Assembly: GCA_043818655.1 (NCBI GenBank)
Contig: JBDRFO010000027.1
Coordinates: 1-38,090, forward strand
Source of the DNA: Chloroflexota bacterium
GTDB lineage: Bacteria; Chloroflexota; Dehalococcoidia; Dehalococcoidales; JAZDNC01
DNA: 38,090 bases
Direction of reading: 5' to 3'
Shown: positions 1-7,502 of the stretch, one piece after another
Numbering within the stretch: position 1 is the first letter of the stretch
Layout: the number at the start of each line of letters is the position of its first letter
Notes under the pieces: model-generated
Told to the model about the DNA's origin: nothing
The model's database searches: none
What the model saw: only the letters and a program-made list of their open reading frames with translations
Position numbers and translations under genes: made by a program

Positions 1-157
1 ATCCTACTCCAATAGGAAACACAAATAGTGTCAGGATAGCCCAGGCTATCGCGGCAAGCCTAGAGTGTCCCTTCCTCCTTGCATCCCACCCAACCAGAAA
101 AGCCACAATGATAGCTATAACCAGTACAACCCAGTTTATGATCTGAACCAGCCGCAG
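1..157 (-). CDS. small two-TM membrane protein (N-terminal part; 3' end beyond window start); start codon uncertain
   Basis: The minus-strand frame is open from 157 to 1 and reads LRLVQIINWVVLVIAIIVAFLVGWDARRKGHSRLAAIAWAILTLFVFPIGVG (TM, DARRKG loop, TM). GGAGG lies at 169-173 (minus), 11 nt upstream of a CTG at 155-157. No canonical ATG/GTG start is nearby. Confidence 0.3.
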   Translation of the reverse strand, partial: MRLVQIINWVVLVIAIIVAFLVGWDARRKGHSRLAAIAWAILTLFVFPIGVG

Positions 158-176
158 TACTTATCTTACCTCCAGT

Positions 177-236
177 TATCCTGAGGCAGGGCACATTACC
201 TGCTCACATTCAGAAAAACAGTTCCTGGCTAGCTTG
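177..236 (-). repeat. PE-A palindromic intergenic element, partial copy
   Basis: The sequence ctgaggcagggcacattacctgctcacattcagaaaaacagttcctggctagcttg aligns with the reverse complement of the reference copy at 7884-7965. Confidence 0.7.
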
Positions 237-366
237 AAATAAATATCAGACGGGCGGCATATCGTTTCCCGCTTGATGATTCGACCGGGATAACATAAAA
301 TAGCTGTATCACCCGGGATGAAATTTTCTGATGTCAGATAAGTGTTACCGAACGGAAAGGTGAGGC

Positions 367-1263
367 ATGAACCTTGATTATCTCAAAACATACCGGGATG
401 TGATTACCCTGGGGAGCTTTTCGGAGGCAGCCAAGAAGCTCGGCATCAGCCAACCTGCCGTCTCTTTCCAGATACAAAGGCTGGAGCGCGAGCTTGGTGT
501 TCGGCTCATTGACCGTATTCAGAAGACGCTCACCATGACCGAAGCCGGCAAGCGCGTGCTCGCTTTCGCCGAGGCTGTTGAGGGAGAAACGTCCCTTCTC
601 GTACGTGACCTTGACCGGCTGCGCGAGGAGGTGGTCGGGGAACTGGTCATCGCGGCGAGCACCATCCCGGGAGAATACCTGCTGCCTGTCTTGCTGAGTG
701 AGTTTAAGACGCAGCACCCGGCCGTAGGGGTCCAGGTGGCTGTCTTCGACTCTCTCACGGTTATCTCCCTGATTGAGAACGGCACCTATGAGATCGGGTT
801 CTGCGGCACACCGCCGCAGGGGCGTGAACTGGAGTCATTCAAAATGGCTGGGGATGAAATTGTACTCATTGTCTTTCCCGAACATCCTTTTGCCCGGAGG
901 AATGAGGTTACCTTGATGGAGGTAGTAGAAGAGCCAATCATCTTCCGCGAGGAAACATCAGGGACACAGCAGAGTGTTGAATCCGAACTGCTCAGAGCAG
1001 GGTTTGCCGCGGAAAAATTTACCCCGAAGCTGGTTCTGGGCACCACCCAGGCGGTCGTTTCCGCTGTCGAGGCCGGGGCAGGCATTGCTTTCATCTCCAG
1101 CCTGGCAATCAAAAAGAGCTGTGACCTTGGCCTGGTCAGGGTAGTCAAGGTCAGCGGATTTACGCTGAGGCGGGATTTTTTCTGCATCCGCCGCAAGGAA
1201 CGTATAGTTTCCCGTCTTCTCAGCGAGTTCACTGATTTTATCCGTGCCGGGGCGCGTGCGTAA
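367..1263 (+). CDS. LysR-family transcriptional regulator
   Basis: The N-terminal HTH (FSEAAKKLGISQPAVSFQIQRLERELGVRLIDR) and a C-terminal substrate-binding fold are present. A GGTGAGG RBS lies upstream. Confidence 0.92.
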   Translation: MNLDYLKTYRDVITLGSFSEAAKKLGISQPAVSFQIQRLERELGVRLIDRIQKTLTMTEAGKRVLAFAEAVEGETSLLVRDLDRLREEVVGELVIAASTIPGEYLLPVLLSEFKTQHPAVGVQVAVFDSLTVISLIENGTYEIGFCGTPPQGRELESFKMAGDEIVLIVFPEHPFARRNEVTLMEVVEEPIIFREETSGTQQSVESELLRAGFAAEKFTPKLVLGTTQAVVSAVEAGAGIAFISSLAIKKSCDLGLVRVVKVSGFTLRRDFFCIRRKERIVSRLLSEFTDFIRAGARA

Positions 1264-1331
1264 GCGAAAATTAATAAAACGCACCAGGGCTTCCGGGAAA
1301 TTTGTTTCGTAGATATGACAGCAAAGAACAT

Positions 1332-1422
1332 GGTTTTGGTTGCTAAATGTCACTCTGAGGAGCGGGAGCGACGAGGCAATCTCATGCTCCGCGAAGGTTG
1401 GGATTGCTTTGCCCACAATGAT
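1332..1422. repeat. PE-B hairpin element (gtcactc..gcgacgaggcaatc / ggattgcttt..cacaatgat arms)
   Basis: The left arm (1332-1381) is nearly identical to the reverse complement of 4596-4648. The right arm (1400-1422) is a degenerate 'ggattgctt..gcaatgac' arm. Confidence 0.75.
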
Positions 1423-1484
1423 ACCCTCAAAGCAACCAGATGCAAAATAGGGTCGGGAACATCAAAGTCTGAGGAGGTATTGAG

Positions 1485-1799
1485 ATGATTTACCTTGAGG
1501 CATCCTGCCGGGTTGTCCCGGGCAAAATGGATGAGTTCATGGAGGTGTTCACAAAAGAATATCTGCCTGCCTCCAACAAGCTCGGAAGAAAGCTGGCAGC
1601 GCAGTGGCGAACCACGGTCGGCACGCTGGATGAGGTTGTTGACCTCTGGGCTTACGAAGACCTGACGCATATGCAGCGGTTTCAGGAAGTAAGACAGAAG
1701 AGCGAAGAGATGATAAAAGCCGGGGAGAAGCTGAGGTCTCTGATCGCGCACGAAACCACCAGGCTTTTAGCGCCGACACCCCTTTCCCAAATCAGGTAA
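1485..1799 (+). CDS. NIPSNAP-domain protein (small alpha/beta dimeric barrel)
   Basis: The 104-aa product shows the pattern ...VVPGKMDEFMEVF...LWAYEDLTHMQRFQEVR.... A GAGGAGG RBS lies 6 nt upstream. Confidence 0.7.
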   Translation: MIYLEASCRVVPGKMDEFMEVFTKEYLPASNKLGRKLAAQWRTTVGTLDEVVDLWAYEDLTHMQRFQEVRQKSEEMIKAGEKLRSLIAHETTRLLAPTPLSQIR

Positions 1800-1834
1800 A
1801 AAGCGGCTTAAGTTTCACCTGCACCCGGTTCCCT

Positions 1835-1905
1835 GTCACCGCGGGGAGCGTCGCGACGAAGCAATCTGATTTTACATGCACCGGGATTGCTTTTCCGGAG
1901 TGACA
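1835..1905. repeat. PE-B hairpin element
   Basis: The arms are gtcaccgcggggagcgtcgcgacgaagcaatc and ggattgcttttccggagtgaca, separated by a 17-nt spacer. Pairing is GTCAC/GTGAC and AAGCAATC/GATTGCTT. Confidence 0.75.
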
Positions 1906-1945
1906 GAGATCTACGGGGAGTGATTACCAAATAAGGAGAACAAAC

Positions 1946-3100
1946 ATGGATTATGTCGGGATTTTGCAGGATCTGATTGCCATTGACACATCAGTTCCCC
2001 CGGGGCTGAACTACGAAAAGATCATGGACTACCTGGAACCGCTATTCACACAGGTCGGCTTTAAGACCGAAAAAATATACATCCCCAAAGAGCACGCGGA
2101 CGGGAATGACGGCAGGGTTAATCTCCTGGCACACCGCCGCAACCCCGGAAAGCCGCGCCTAATTTTCTATACCCATGTTGATGTTGTGCCGGCCGAGGGC
2201 TGGGATGCCTTTACACCCAGAGTTGAGGACGGGAAGATCCACGGGCGCGGGGCAGCGGATATGAAAGGGGGCATCGCCGCCCTGCTTTGCGGGCTTGAAG
2301 CGGTCGCACAGAAGCAGCTCAGGTATGACACCTCGGTCATGGTCACTACGGATGAGGAGGTGGGACAGGCAGACCAGATACGCTACCTGGGGCAATTCCT
2401 TGAGCCGGTCAGGGGGGCTTATTTTTTTGACCTGGACTCCAGCTTTGGCTATGTCGTGATTGCCAGCCTGGGGGCAATCCACATGGAGATCAGGGTCAAA
2501 GGAAAATCCGTCCACTCCGCCCTGGCTCACCTGGGCGTCAATGCCATCGAAGGAGCAAATGCCCTGATGAATGCCCTCCTGAACCTCAAGAAAGAGGTGA
2601 GCAGGCGGAGATCACAGGTTGATGCCAACCCGGAAACCGGCCTCACCAAAATGGAGGCCAGGCTTAACATCAACATGATTAAAGGGGGGATCAAGGTCAA
2701 TATCATCCCCGACGAATGCGTGATCGCCATCGACAGAAGACTGATCCCAGAGGAAAGCATTGAAGAGGCCGAAAAAGAAATCATGCAGGCCCTAACTTCT
2801 GTGAAAGACGTTTCGTGGGAGGTGCAAAAAATCTTCCGCATCCCCACCGTTCCTCCCCTTGATGACCCCGTTACCAGTGCGCTTTCCGAGACCATCAAAA
2901 CAGTCACCGGGAAGACAGGAAAATTCGGGGAGATGGGTTCGGGGGATTTCGGGCCGATTGCCACCGTAGAATGGAAAGCGAAGCATTTCGGCTCAGGGGT
3001 CATCCGCTCAAGTAACAATATTCACGGGAAAGGTGAGTTTGTTTACCGGAAGGATATCGAGGACCTGTCCGAAATAATCGCCCGGTTCATCGCAGCTTAA
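1946..3100 (+). CDS. M20-family metallopeptidase (ArgE/DapE-like deacylase)
   Basis: M20 metal-binding motifs are present (HVDVVP, GRGAADMKGG, TTDEEVG). An AAGGAG RBS lies upstream. Confidence 0.9.
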   Translation: MDYVGILQDLIAIDTSVPPGLNYEKIMDYLEPLFTQVGFKTEKIYIPKEHADGNDGRVNLLAHRRNPGKPRLIFYTHVDVVPAEGWDAFTPRVEDGKIHGRGAADMKGGIAALLCGLEAVAQKQLRYDTSVMVTTDEEVGQADQIRYLGQFLEPVRGAYFFDLDSSFGYVVIASLGAIHMEIRVKGKSVHSALAHLGVNAIEGANALMNALLNLKKEVSRRRSQVDANPETGLTKMEARLNINMIKGGIKVNIIPDECVIAIDRRLIPEESIEEAEKEIMQALTSVKDVSWEVQKIFRIPTVPPLDDPVTSALSETIKTVTGKTGKFGEMGSGDFGPIATVEWKAKHFGSGVIRSSNNIHGKGEFVYRKDIEDLSEIIARFIAA

Positions 3101-3142
3101 ACACAGAGAGCCGAAACAGCGCCGGCGTGCGGGTATCGCTCT

Positions 3143-3252
3143 GTTTTGGTTGGTGTCATTGCGAGCCCTCACGCTACGCTCAGGGTAAACTACGCGAAGC
3201 AATCCGTATAATCCGAGTGTTCTGGACGGATTGCTTCGAGCTTTGCCGGAGC
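3143..3252. repeat. PE-B hairpin element (long-arm form)
   Basis: The arms are gttttggttggtgtcattgcgagccctcacgctacgctcagggtaaactacgcgaagcaatcc and ggattgcttcgagctttgccggagca, separated by a 22-nt spacer. The left arm matches 4424-4493. Confidence 0.75.
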
Positions 3253-3429
3253 ATAAAAAATAGTGCAGTATCCGCAGCATTATGCTAAAATAAGACACAA
3301 GTTTGATTTATCCGGTTGGTACAGACGCTGCGGTTTGCGGCAAAGTCCTGTCGATGGGAGGTATCCCAAAACAGGTAAGGCATTTGATTTATGACTCAAA
3401 TAGAGACACAAATATCGGAAGAGGGATTG

Positions 3430-3648
3430 ATGAAAGAAAAAGTAGAAGCAGCCCTGGAAAAGATAAGACCGGTCTTGCAGAGAGACGGCGGTGATATTGA
3501 GCTGGTGGATGTAATCGATGGAACGGTCAAGGTAAGGCTCACCGGCGCCTGCGGTGACTGACCGATGGCAAAAATGACCCTCAAAAAGGGTGTTGAGCAG
3601 GTGCTCAAGCAGCTCATCCCGGAGGTCAAAGAAGTCGTCTCCGTCTAA
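3430..3648 (+). CDS. NifU/Nfu C-terminal-domain Fe-S scaffold-like protein with in-frame TGA (3559-3561), candidate selenocysteine (CxxU)
   Basis: The translation is MKEKVEAALEKIRPVLQRDGGDIELVDVIDGTVKVRLTGACGD[TGA]PMAKMTLKKGVEQVLKQLIPEVKEVVSV. The family motif is GACxxCPxSxxTL, and the TGA replaces the second Cys. An alternative in-frame ATG lies at 3391. An AGAGGG RBS precedes 3430. The ORF track misses this gene because each half is under 60 codons. Confidence 0.7.
3562..3608 (+). promoter_or_regulatory. candidate bacterial SECIS region downstream of UGA
   Basis: Two hairpins follow the UGA. One is ACCCU-CAAAA-AGGGU (3577-3591). The other is UUGAGC-AGGU-GCUCAA (3593-3608), with a GGU apical loop about 38 nt after the UGA. 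Confidence 0.4.
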
Positions 3649-3677
3649 GATATTGCTCTGAGAATGAGAGGATAAAA

Positions 3678-3760
3678 TTCGGTTCTACTCAGGGATAGTC
3701 AGGAAGCAGGTTTTCACCATCTGATATCCATGTGAAACAACAGGACTGAGTAGAACCGAA
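3678..3760. repeat. perfect 15-bp inverted repeat with 53-nt spacer between convergent genes
   Basis: TTCGGTTCTACTCAG (3678-3692) pairs with CTGAGTAGAACCGAA (3746-3760). An inner TTTCAC/GTGAAA stem is also present. Confidence 0.6.
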
Positions 3761-3932
3761 AAATCGTTTCGAAAAACGCCGTTTTTATCCGGACGGAAAT
3801 CTTTCCCCGGTTTATCATCTTATTTCTGCCGGATAATAAAGATGGTAGCCCCAGAAATTCAGACATGACAGGGCTATGTTATGTCGGGAGAAATTTCCGG
3901 TAACAGCATAATTAGATTTGGATTCTGTGAAG

Positions 3933-4181
3933 CTATTTCCCGACCGGACAGGCATTGGAGAAGGTGACAAGCATCACCAGTTCACCCTTCTCTGCTAACC
4001 CCTGGAAAACCTCTTTCAGCGCGGGGAAAAGGGCCTCATCCTCACCAGAAACAACACTGCTCATGGCTCCCATCTCCACGGTAAGACCGCGCTCCCGAAA
4101 GATGTCCAGGGCTTTCCCAATGGCGGGAGAAAAGTGTGCCTGTCGCAACGGATAGATACTCACCTGAGCAGCAAGAAACAT
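3933..4181 (-). CDS. MTH1187/YkoF-family (DUF77, UPF0045) small ligand-binding protein
   Basis: The 82-aa product shows the family pattern ...VSIYPL...IGKALDIFRERGLTVEMGAMSSVVSGE.... A GAAGGAGG RBS lies upstream. Confidence 0.75.
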   Translation of the reverse strand: MFLAAQVSIYPLRQAHFSPAIGKALDIFRERGLTVEMGAMSSVVSGEDEALFPALKEVFQGLAEKGELVMLVTFSNACPVGK

Positions 4182-4423
4182 CTTATCCTCCTTCTAAATA
4201 CGGGGGAAGGTGCCCCTGTCGCAGCGGGCAGGCGCTCACCCGGACGGCAAGAAACACCATTGATTCCTCATTAATAATCGAACCTCGATAATTCATTATA
4301 TCCACCGCAGGGAAACAAATACAATTCCGTGTATCGTTCTAATTTGATTTGATTGATAACATCACAGGCTATCAAAAAACATCCTGCCAAAGTCAAGAAC
4401 GGAAGCACCAGGTACGATATTGC

Positions 4424-4648
4424 ATTTAGTTGCTTTGAGAATATCATTGCGAGCCATCGCGCTGCTCTCAGAGTAGACTACGCGAAGCAATACGTTCTTT
4501 TGCCCGGATTTTTTAGTTTATCCGTAGACTCGGTATCTTGAGATAGGACACATTATCTGCTCGGATTCAGAAAAAGTTTCTGGATAGTTATGATAGATTG
4601 CTTCGTCGCGGTCGCTCCTCGGAGTGACATTTATCAACCAAAACCAAA
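4424..4648. repeat. composite repeat: PE-B hairpin with a PE-A copy (4515-4590) inserted in its loop
   Basis: The PE-B left arm is 4424-4493 (..tcattgcgagccatcgcgctgctctcagagtagactacgcgaagcaatac). The PE-B right arm is 4596-4648 (gattgcttcgtcgcggtcgctcctcggagtgacatttatcaaccaaaacc). The intact empty-site equivalent is at 25393-25476. Confidence 0.7.
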
Positions 4649-4824
4649 CACTGGAGTCTCAAAATAGGAAGTTTTTAGACAGGCTGTAGTACTTTTGCTC
4701 ACCACCCGAAAGATAAAAGTCCTGCTGATAATTGCCGACGCATTATTAGCTTTGCTTTTCCAAACACAAACAATAGTAAGGACATACTTACCATATTATA
4801 TTATGGTAGCGCATCACTCAGTGC

Positions 4825-4853
4825 TTGACTTTCCGTTCCAGAGTGAGTAAAAT
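4825..4853 (+). promoter_or_regulatory. sigma70-like promoter for the 553-aa surface protein gene
   Basis: The pattern is TTGACT (4825-4830), a 17-nt spacer, then TAAAAT (4848-4853). It lies about 95 nt upstream of the ATG at 4951. Confidence 0.45.
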
Positions 4854-4950
4854 TTGCTTAAACATTCTATCATGTAAAATTAATCGGAAGGCTGGTTTGT
4901 GTGTGGGCAGCAGGAGTGCCGGTTATGTTCTAAATTAAGGAGCTTAACAA

Positions 4951-6612
4951 ATGGACAGTGGTCGCCGTATACTAAAAAGCATCCTGAAAAAAATAGTTCT
5001 TGGCAATCACCACTTCCGGACCCATCGCCGTTTATATCACGCAGTAATATCTTTGGCGCTGGCTTTTTCTATTTGCGCTTCTTTACTCATCGCTACACCT
5101 GTCAGGGCTGTGGAGCTAACCATCTCAAGCTTACCTGCTACGATGTACCAGGGAACGGTCTACAACTTTTATGCCACGGTTGATATTAACAGCAACGAGG
5201 CATTACCCATAGCCAACATCAGGATTGACCTCGAAGGGCCGACACCTTCCTGGGTAATATTTGACTTTAACGGGAACATCATCAGCCAGAGCGGCTCTTT
5301 CACCAGCATCACGACTGTAATAACACCCTATTACGGATATAGCTCCCTCACCGGCTACGGTTACGGGTATCATAACAATCCCGGCGGCTGGGGATACGGC
5401 TATGGCAGTGGTAATTGGGGCTACGGTTACGGCTATGGTTACGGCTATGGTTATGGACAACCAACCACAGGAGAGTACCTGGTTAGGCTGAATACGACAG
5501 CTCTTACCCCCGGGCAATACACCGCCCGGCTCAGTATCGAGGTACCACCAGCACCAACAAGGTTTACCTCTGGTCTCTACCCCTTCACTCTCCTTCAGGA
5601 AGCCTCAATTCCGGGCGATGATGATACACCAACACCGACACCAACACCGACACCAACACCGACACCGACCCCGACGTCAACGCCGCTGCCACAACCAACA
5701 CCGGAACCACCGAAAACAGTGGATGTGAGTTCTGTTATCGGGGAAGACGGTGTCTTTACACAGAGTGTCACCGCCACCATTTCAGAGACAGTACCATCTT
5801 TGAATTTTCTGAAAAACTGCACGCTTGATATCAAGAAAGGCATCAAGGGTCTGACCGAGGAAGGCAAGCCGCTTTCTAATATTACGATGGCGCAGCTATC
5901 CAGTCCTCCGGAACCACCTCCTACTGGGAGTAACATCATCGGTCTCCCCTATGACTTCGGCCCGGATGGGGCTACGTTTGATCCACCAATCGACCTGATT
6001 CTCGACTACGACCCGTCCCTCTTACCGGCCGGCATGGATGAAGCCACGCTCGTGGTTGCTTACTGGGATGTAAACGCCACACCGGCACAGTGGATTGAGC
6101 TTGAAACCATTGTTGACACGGTAAACCACACCATTACCGCCAAACTGCCGGATTTCACCACTTTTGCGGTAATGACCGGACTCGTCGTCCTGCCACCTGT
6201 CGCAACCCCCAAGCCAGCCGATTTCGAGGTAAGCTCACTGACAATCTCCCCGCTTGAGGCCAGTACCGGCCAGACGGTGAATATCAGCGTCGTCATCTCC
6301 AACACAGGCGGACAGACCGGTAAATACAGTGTCGTCCTGAAAATAAACGATGCCGTTGAAGAAACAAAAGAGGTTACACTGGCAGCCGGTACCAACCAGA
6401 AAGTAACCTTTACCGTGACCGGGAAAACTGCCGGTACTTATTATTTCGTCGATGTGAGCGGACTTACCGGCTCATTTAACGTCACCGAAGAGGCGGTGGT
6501 GCCGCCAGTGCACAAGACCAACTGGTTGCTCATCATCATCATCGTGGTCGCGCTGGCTGTAATCTCAGGACTTGTGGGATATATCCTGTGGCGAAGACAT
6601 CGCTACATCTAA
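4951..6612 (+). CDS. tail-anchored cell-surface (S-layer-like) protein with Gly-Tyr repeat insert, PT linker, pre-PGF-like domain and CARDB-like domain
   Basis: A signal peptide ends ...LLIATPVRA. The protein contains GYGYGYHNNPGGWGYGYGSGNWGYGYGYGYGYGYG and a (TP)n linker. It also has a YDFGPDGATFDPP...TITAKLPDFTTFAV domain and a CARDB-like Ig domain. The C-terminal TM is NWLLIIIIVVALAVISGLVGYIL followed by WRRHRYI. An AAGGAG RBS lies upstream. Confidence 0.85.
   Translation: MDSGRRILKSILKKIVLGNHHFRTHRRLYHAVISLALAFSICASLLIATPVRAVELTISSLPATMYQGTVYNFYATVDINSNEALPIANIRIDLEGPTPSWVIFDFNGNIISQSGSFTSITTVITPYYGYSSLTGYGYGYHNNPGGWGYGYGSGNWGYGYGYGYGYGYGQPTTGEYLVRLNTTALTPGQYTARLSIEVPPAPTRFTSGLYPFTLLQEASIPGDDDTPTPTPTPTPTPTPTPTSTPLPQPTPEPPKTVDVSSVIGEDGVFTQSVTATISETVPSLNFLKNCTLDIKKGIKGLTEEGKPLSNITMAQLSSPPEPPPTGSNIIGLPYDFGPDGATFDPPIDLILDYDPSLLPAGMDEATLVVAYWDVNATPAQWIELETIVDTVNHTITAKLPDFTTFAVMTGLVVLPPVATPKPADFEVSSLTISPLEASTGQTVNISVVISNTGGQTGKYSVVLKINDAVEETKEVTLAAGTNQKVTFTVTGKTAGTYYFVDVSGLTGSFNVTEEAVVPPVHKTNWLLIIIIVVALAVISGLVGYILWRRHRYI
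5419..5454 (+). repeat. 3 x 12-nt in-frame tandem repeat (ggctayggttay) encoding GYGY units
   Basis: The repeat reads ggctacggttac ggctatggttac ggctatggttat. The wider GY-rich tract spans about 5350-5457. Confidence 0.85.
5626..5673 (+). repeat. 4 x 12-nt in-frame tandem repeat encoding the (TP)n linker
   Basis: acaccaacaccg occurs three times, followed by acaccgaccccg. Confidence 0.85.
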
Positions 6613-6636
6613 ACAAAAAAAGAGTAACATCAACAG

Positions 6637-6668
6637 GCAAAGACGCCGCATGCAAACGGCGTCTTTGC
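6637..6668 (+). terminator. stem-loop terminator after the 553-aa surface protein gene
   Basis: A 12-bp stem, GCAAAGACGCCG-catgcaaa-CGGCGTCTTTGC, lies 25 nt after the stop. The following tract (tgcttatgc) is only moderately T-rich. Confidence 0.55.
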
Positions 6669-6798
6669 TGCTTATGCACAGGTATCCCAACCAGCTAAGC
6701 TGGTTTTAAGCATCAGTACGTGAAAACAGCCATGATTATGTAATATTTACCGGCTCTTTCCCTGACAGGATACATCGAGTAAGATTGCTTAAAAAGAA

Positions 6799-6880
6799 AA
6801 ATCGTCCGGAAACGCAGTTTCATGATACCGGGCAGGTTTCATGCCCGTATTCGTAAAATCAGTCCCCGATAATCTGTAAC
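6799..6880 (-). repeat. PE-A element, degenerate copy
   Basis: The sequence aaatcgtccggaaacgcagtttcatgataccgggcaggtttcatgcccgtattcgtaaaatcagtccccgataatctgtaac aligns with the reverse complement of the reference copy. Confidence 0.55.
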
Positions 6881-6968
6881 TTTTCGGGTGGTTATCCACC
6901 CGCTCATACAGGCAGGACAGGTGTTTTCGGAAATATATGATGCTGCGAGAAAAGGAGTAAAGAAAAGA

Positions 6969-7442
6969 ATGGAACGCCTTTGGGCGCCGTGGCGCGCCGA
7001 GTATATCCAGATGGCAAAACCCGCAGGTTGCATCCTCTGCGAAAAACCCCGCGAGGGGAACGATGCGACAAACTATATCCTTTACCGGGGAAAGAAAAAT
7101 TTTGTGATCATGAATAAATACCCCTACAACCCGGGGCACCTCATGGTCGCCCCCTACCGCCATGTCGCATCACCGGAGGAGCTTGATGATGATGAGCTCC
7201 ACGAGCATTACGAAATCGTCCGTCTTTGCCTCAAGGTCTTACGGGAGACATTTAGCCCTCAGGGCTTCAATCTGGGAATGAATTTGGGCAAGGTATCCGG
7301 CGCCGGTATTGATGAGCATATCCACACCCACATTGTCCCCCGCTGGCAGGGTGACAGCAATTTCATGCCGGTGCTCTGCGATGTCAAAGTAATCTCGGAA
7401 AGCATGACCGCTATCTACGAAAAACTCAAGGAAAGATTCTGA
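6969..7442 (+). CDS. HIT-family nucleotide hydrolase/transferase
   Basis: The histidine triad HIHTHIVPRW and the N-terminal MERLWAPWRAEYI are present. AAGGAG lies at 6952-6957. The track ORF start at 6888 is an upstream non-ATG extension. Confidence 0.88.
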   Translation: MERLWAPWRAEYIQMAKPAGCILCEKPREGNDATNYILYRGKKNFVIMNKYPYNPGHLMVAPYRHVASPEELDDDELHEHYEIVRLCLKVLRETFSPQGFNLGMNLGKVSGAGIDEHIHTHIVPRWQGDSNFMPVLCDVKVISESMTAIYEKLKERF

Positions 7443-7502
7443 GACGAAATATCATTAAATCGCCTGGTATGATTGGAAGGTCTGTTGCCCCCTGTCCCAA
7501 TC

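Noticed and set aside
3559-3561. Possibility that the in-frame TGA reflects an alternative genetic code (TGA = Trp or Gly)
   Set aside because: TGA terminates clearly delimited genes in the same window (for example HIT at 7440-7442 and cysE at 21308-21310). The codon also falls on a conserved Cys, not a Trp or Gly position.
4182-4330. TPP (THI-box) riboswitch upstream of the YkoF/DUF77-family gene
   Set aside because: YkoF-type genes are thiamine-linked in Bacillus, so I looked for the CUGAGA and ACCUGAUCUGGAUAAUGCCAGCG cores on the minus strand. Neither is present. I found only a generic TTGTAT-N18-TATAAT promoter and G/C hairpins.
4353-4541. 62-aa ORF (and 25354-25554 minus, 15206-15424 minus, 32901-33101 plus) in intergenic regions
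   Set aside because: The first three are translations of PE-A or PE-B repeat DNA (for example ..IIASHRAALRVDYAKQ.. from 'cattgcgagc...cgcgaagcaat') and 32901-33101 starts within a PE-A copy, with no RBS and no homology.
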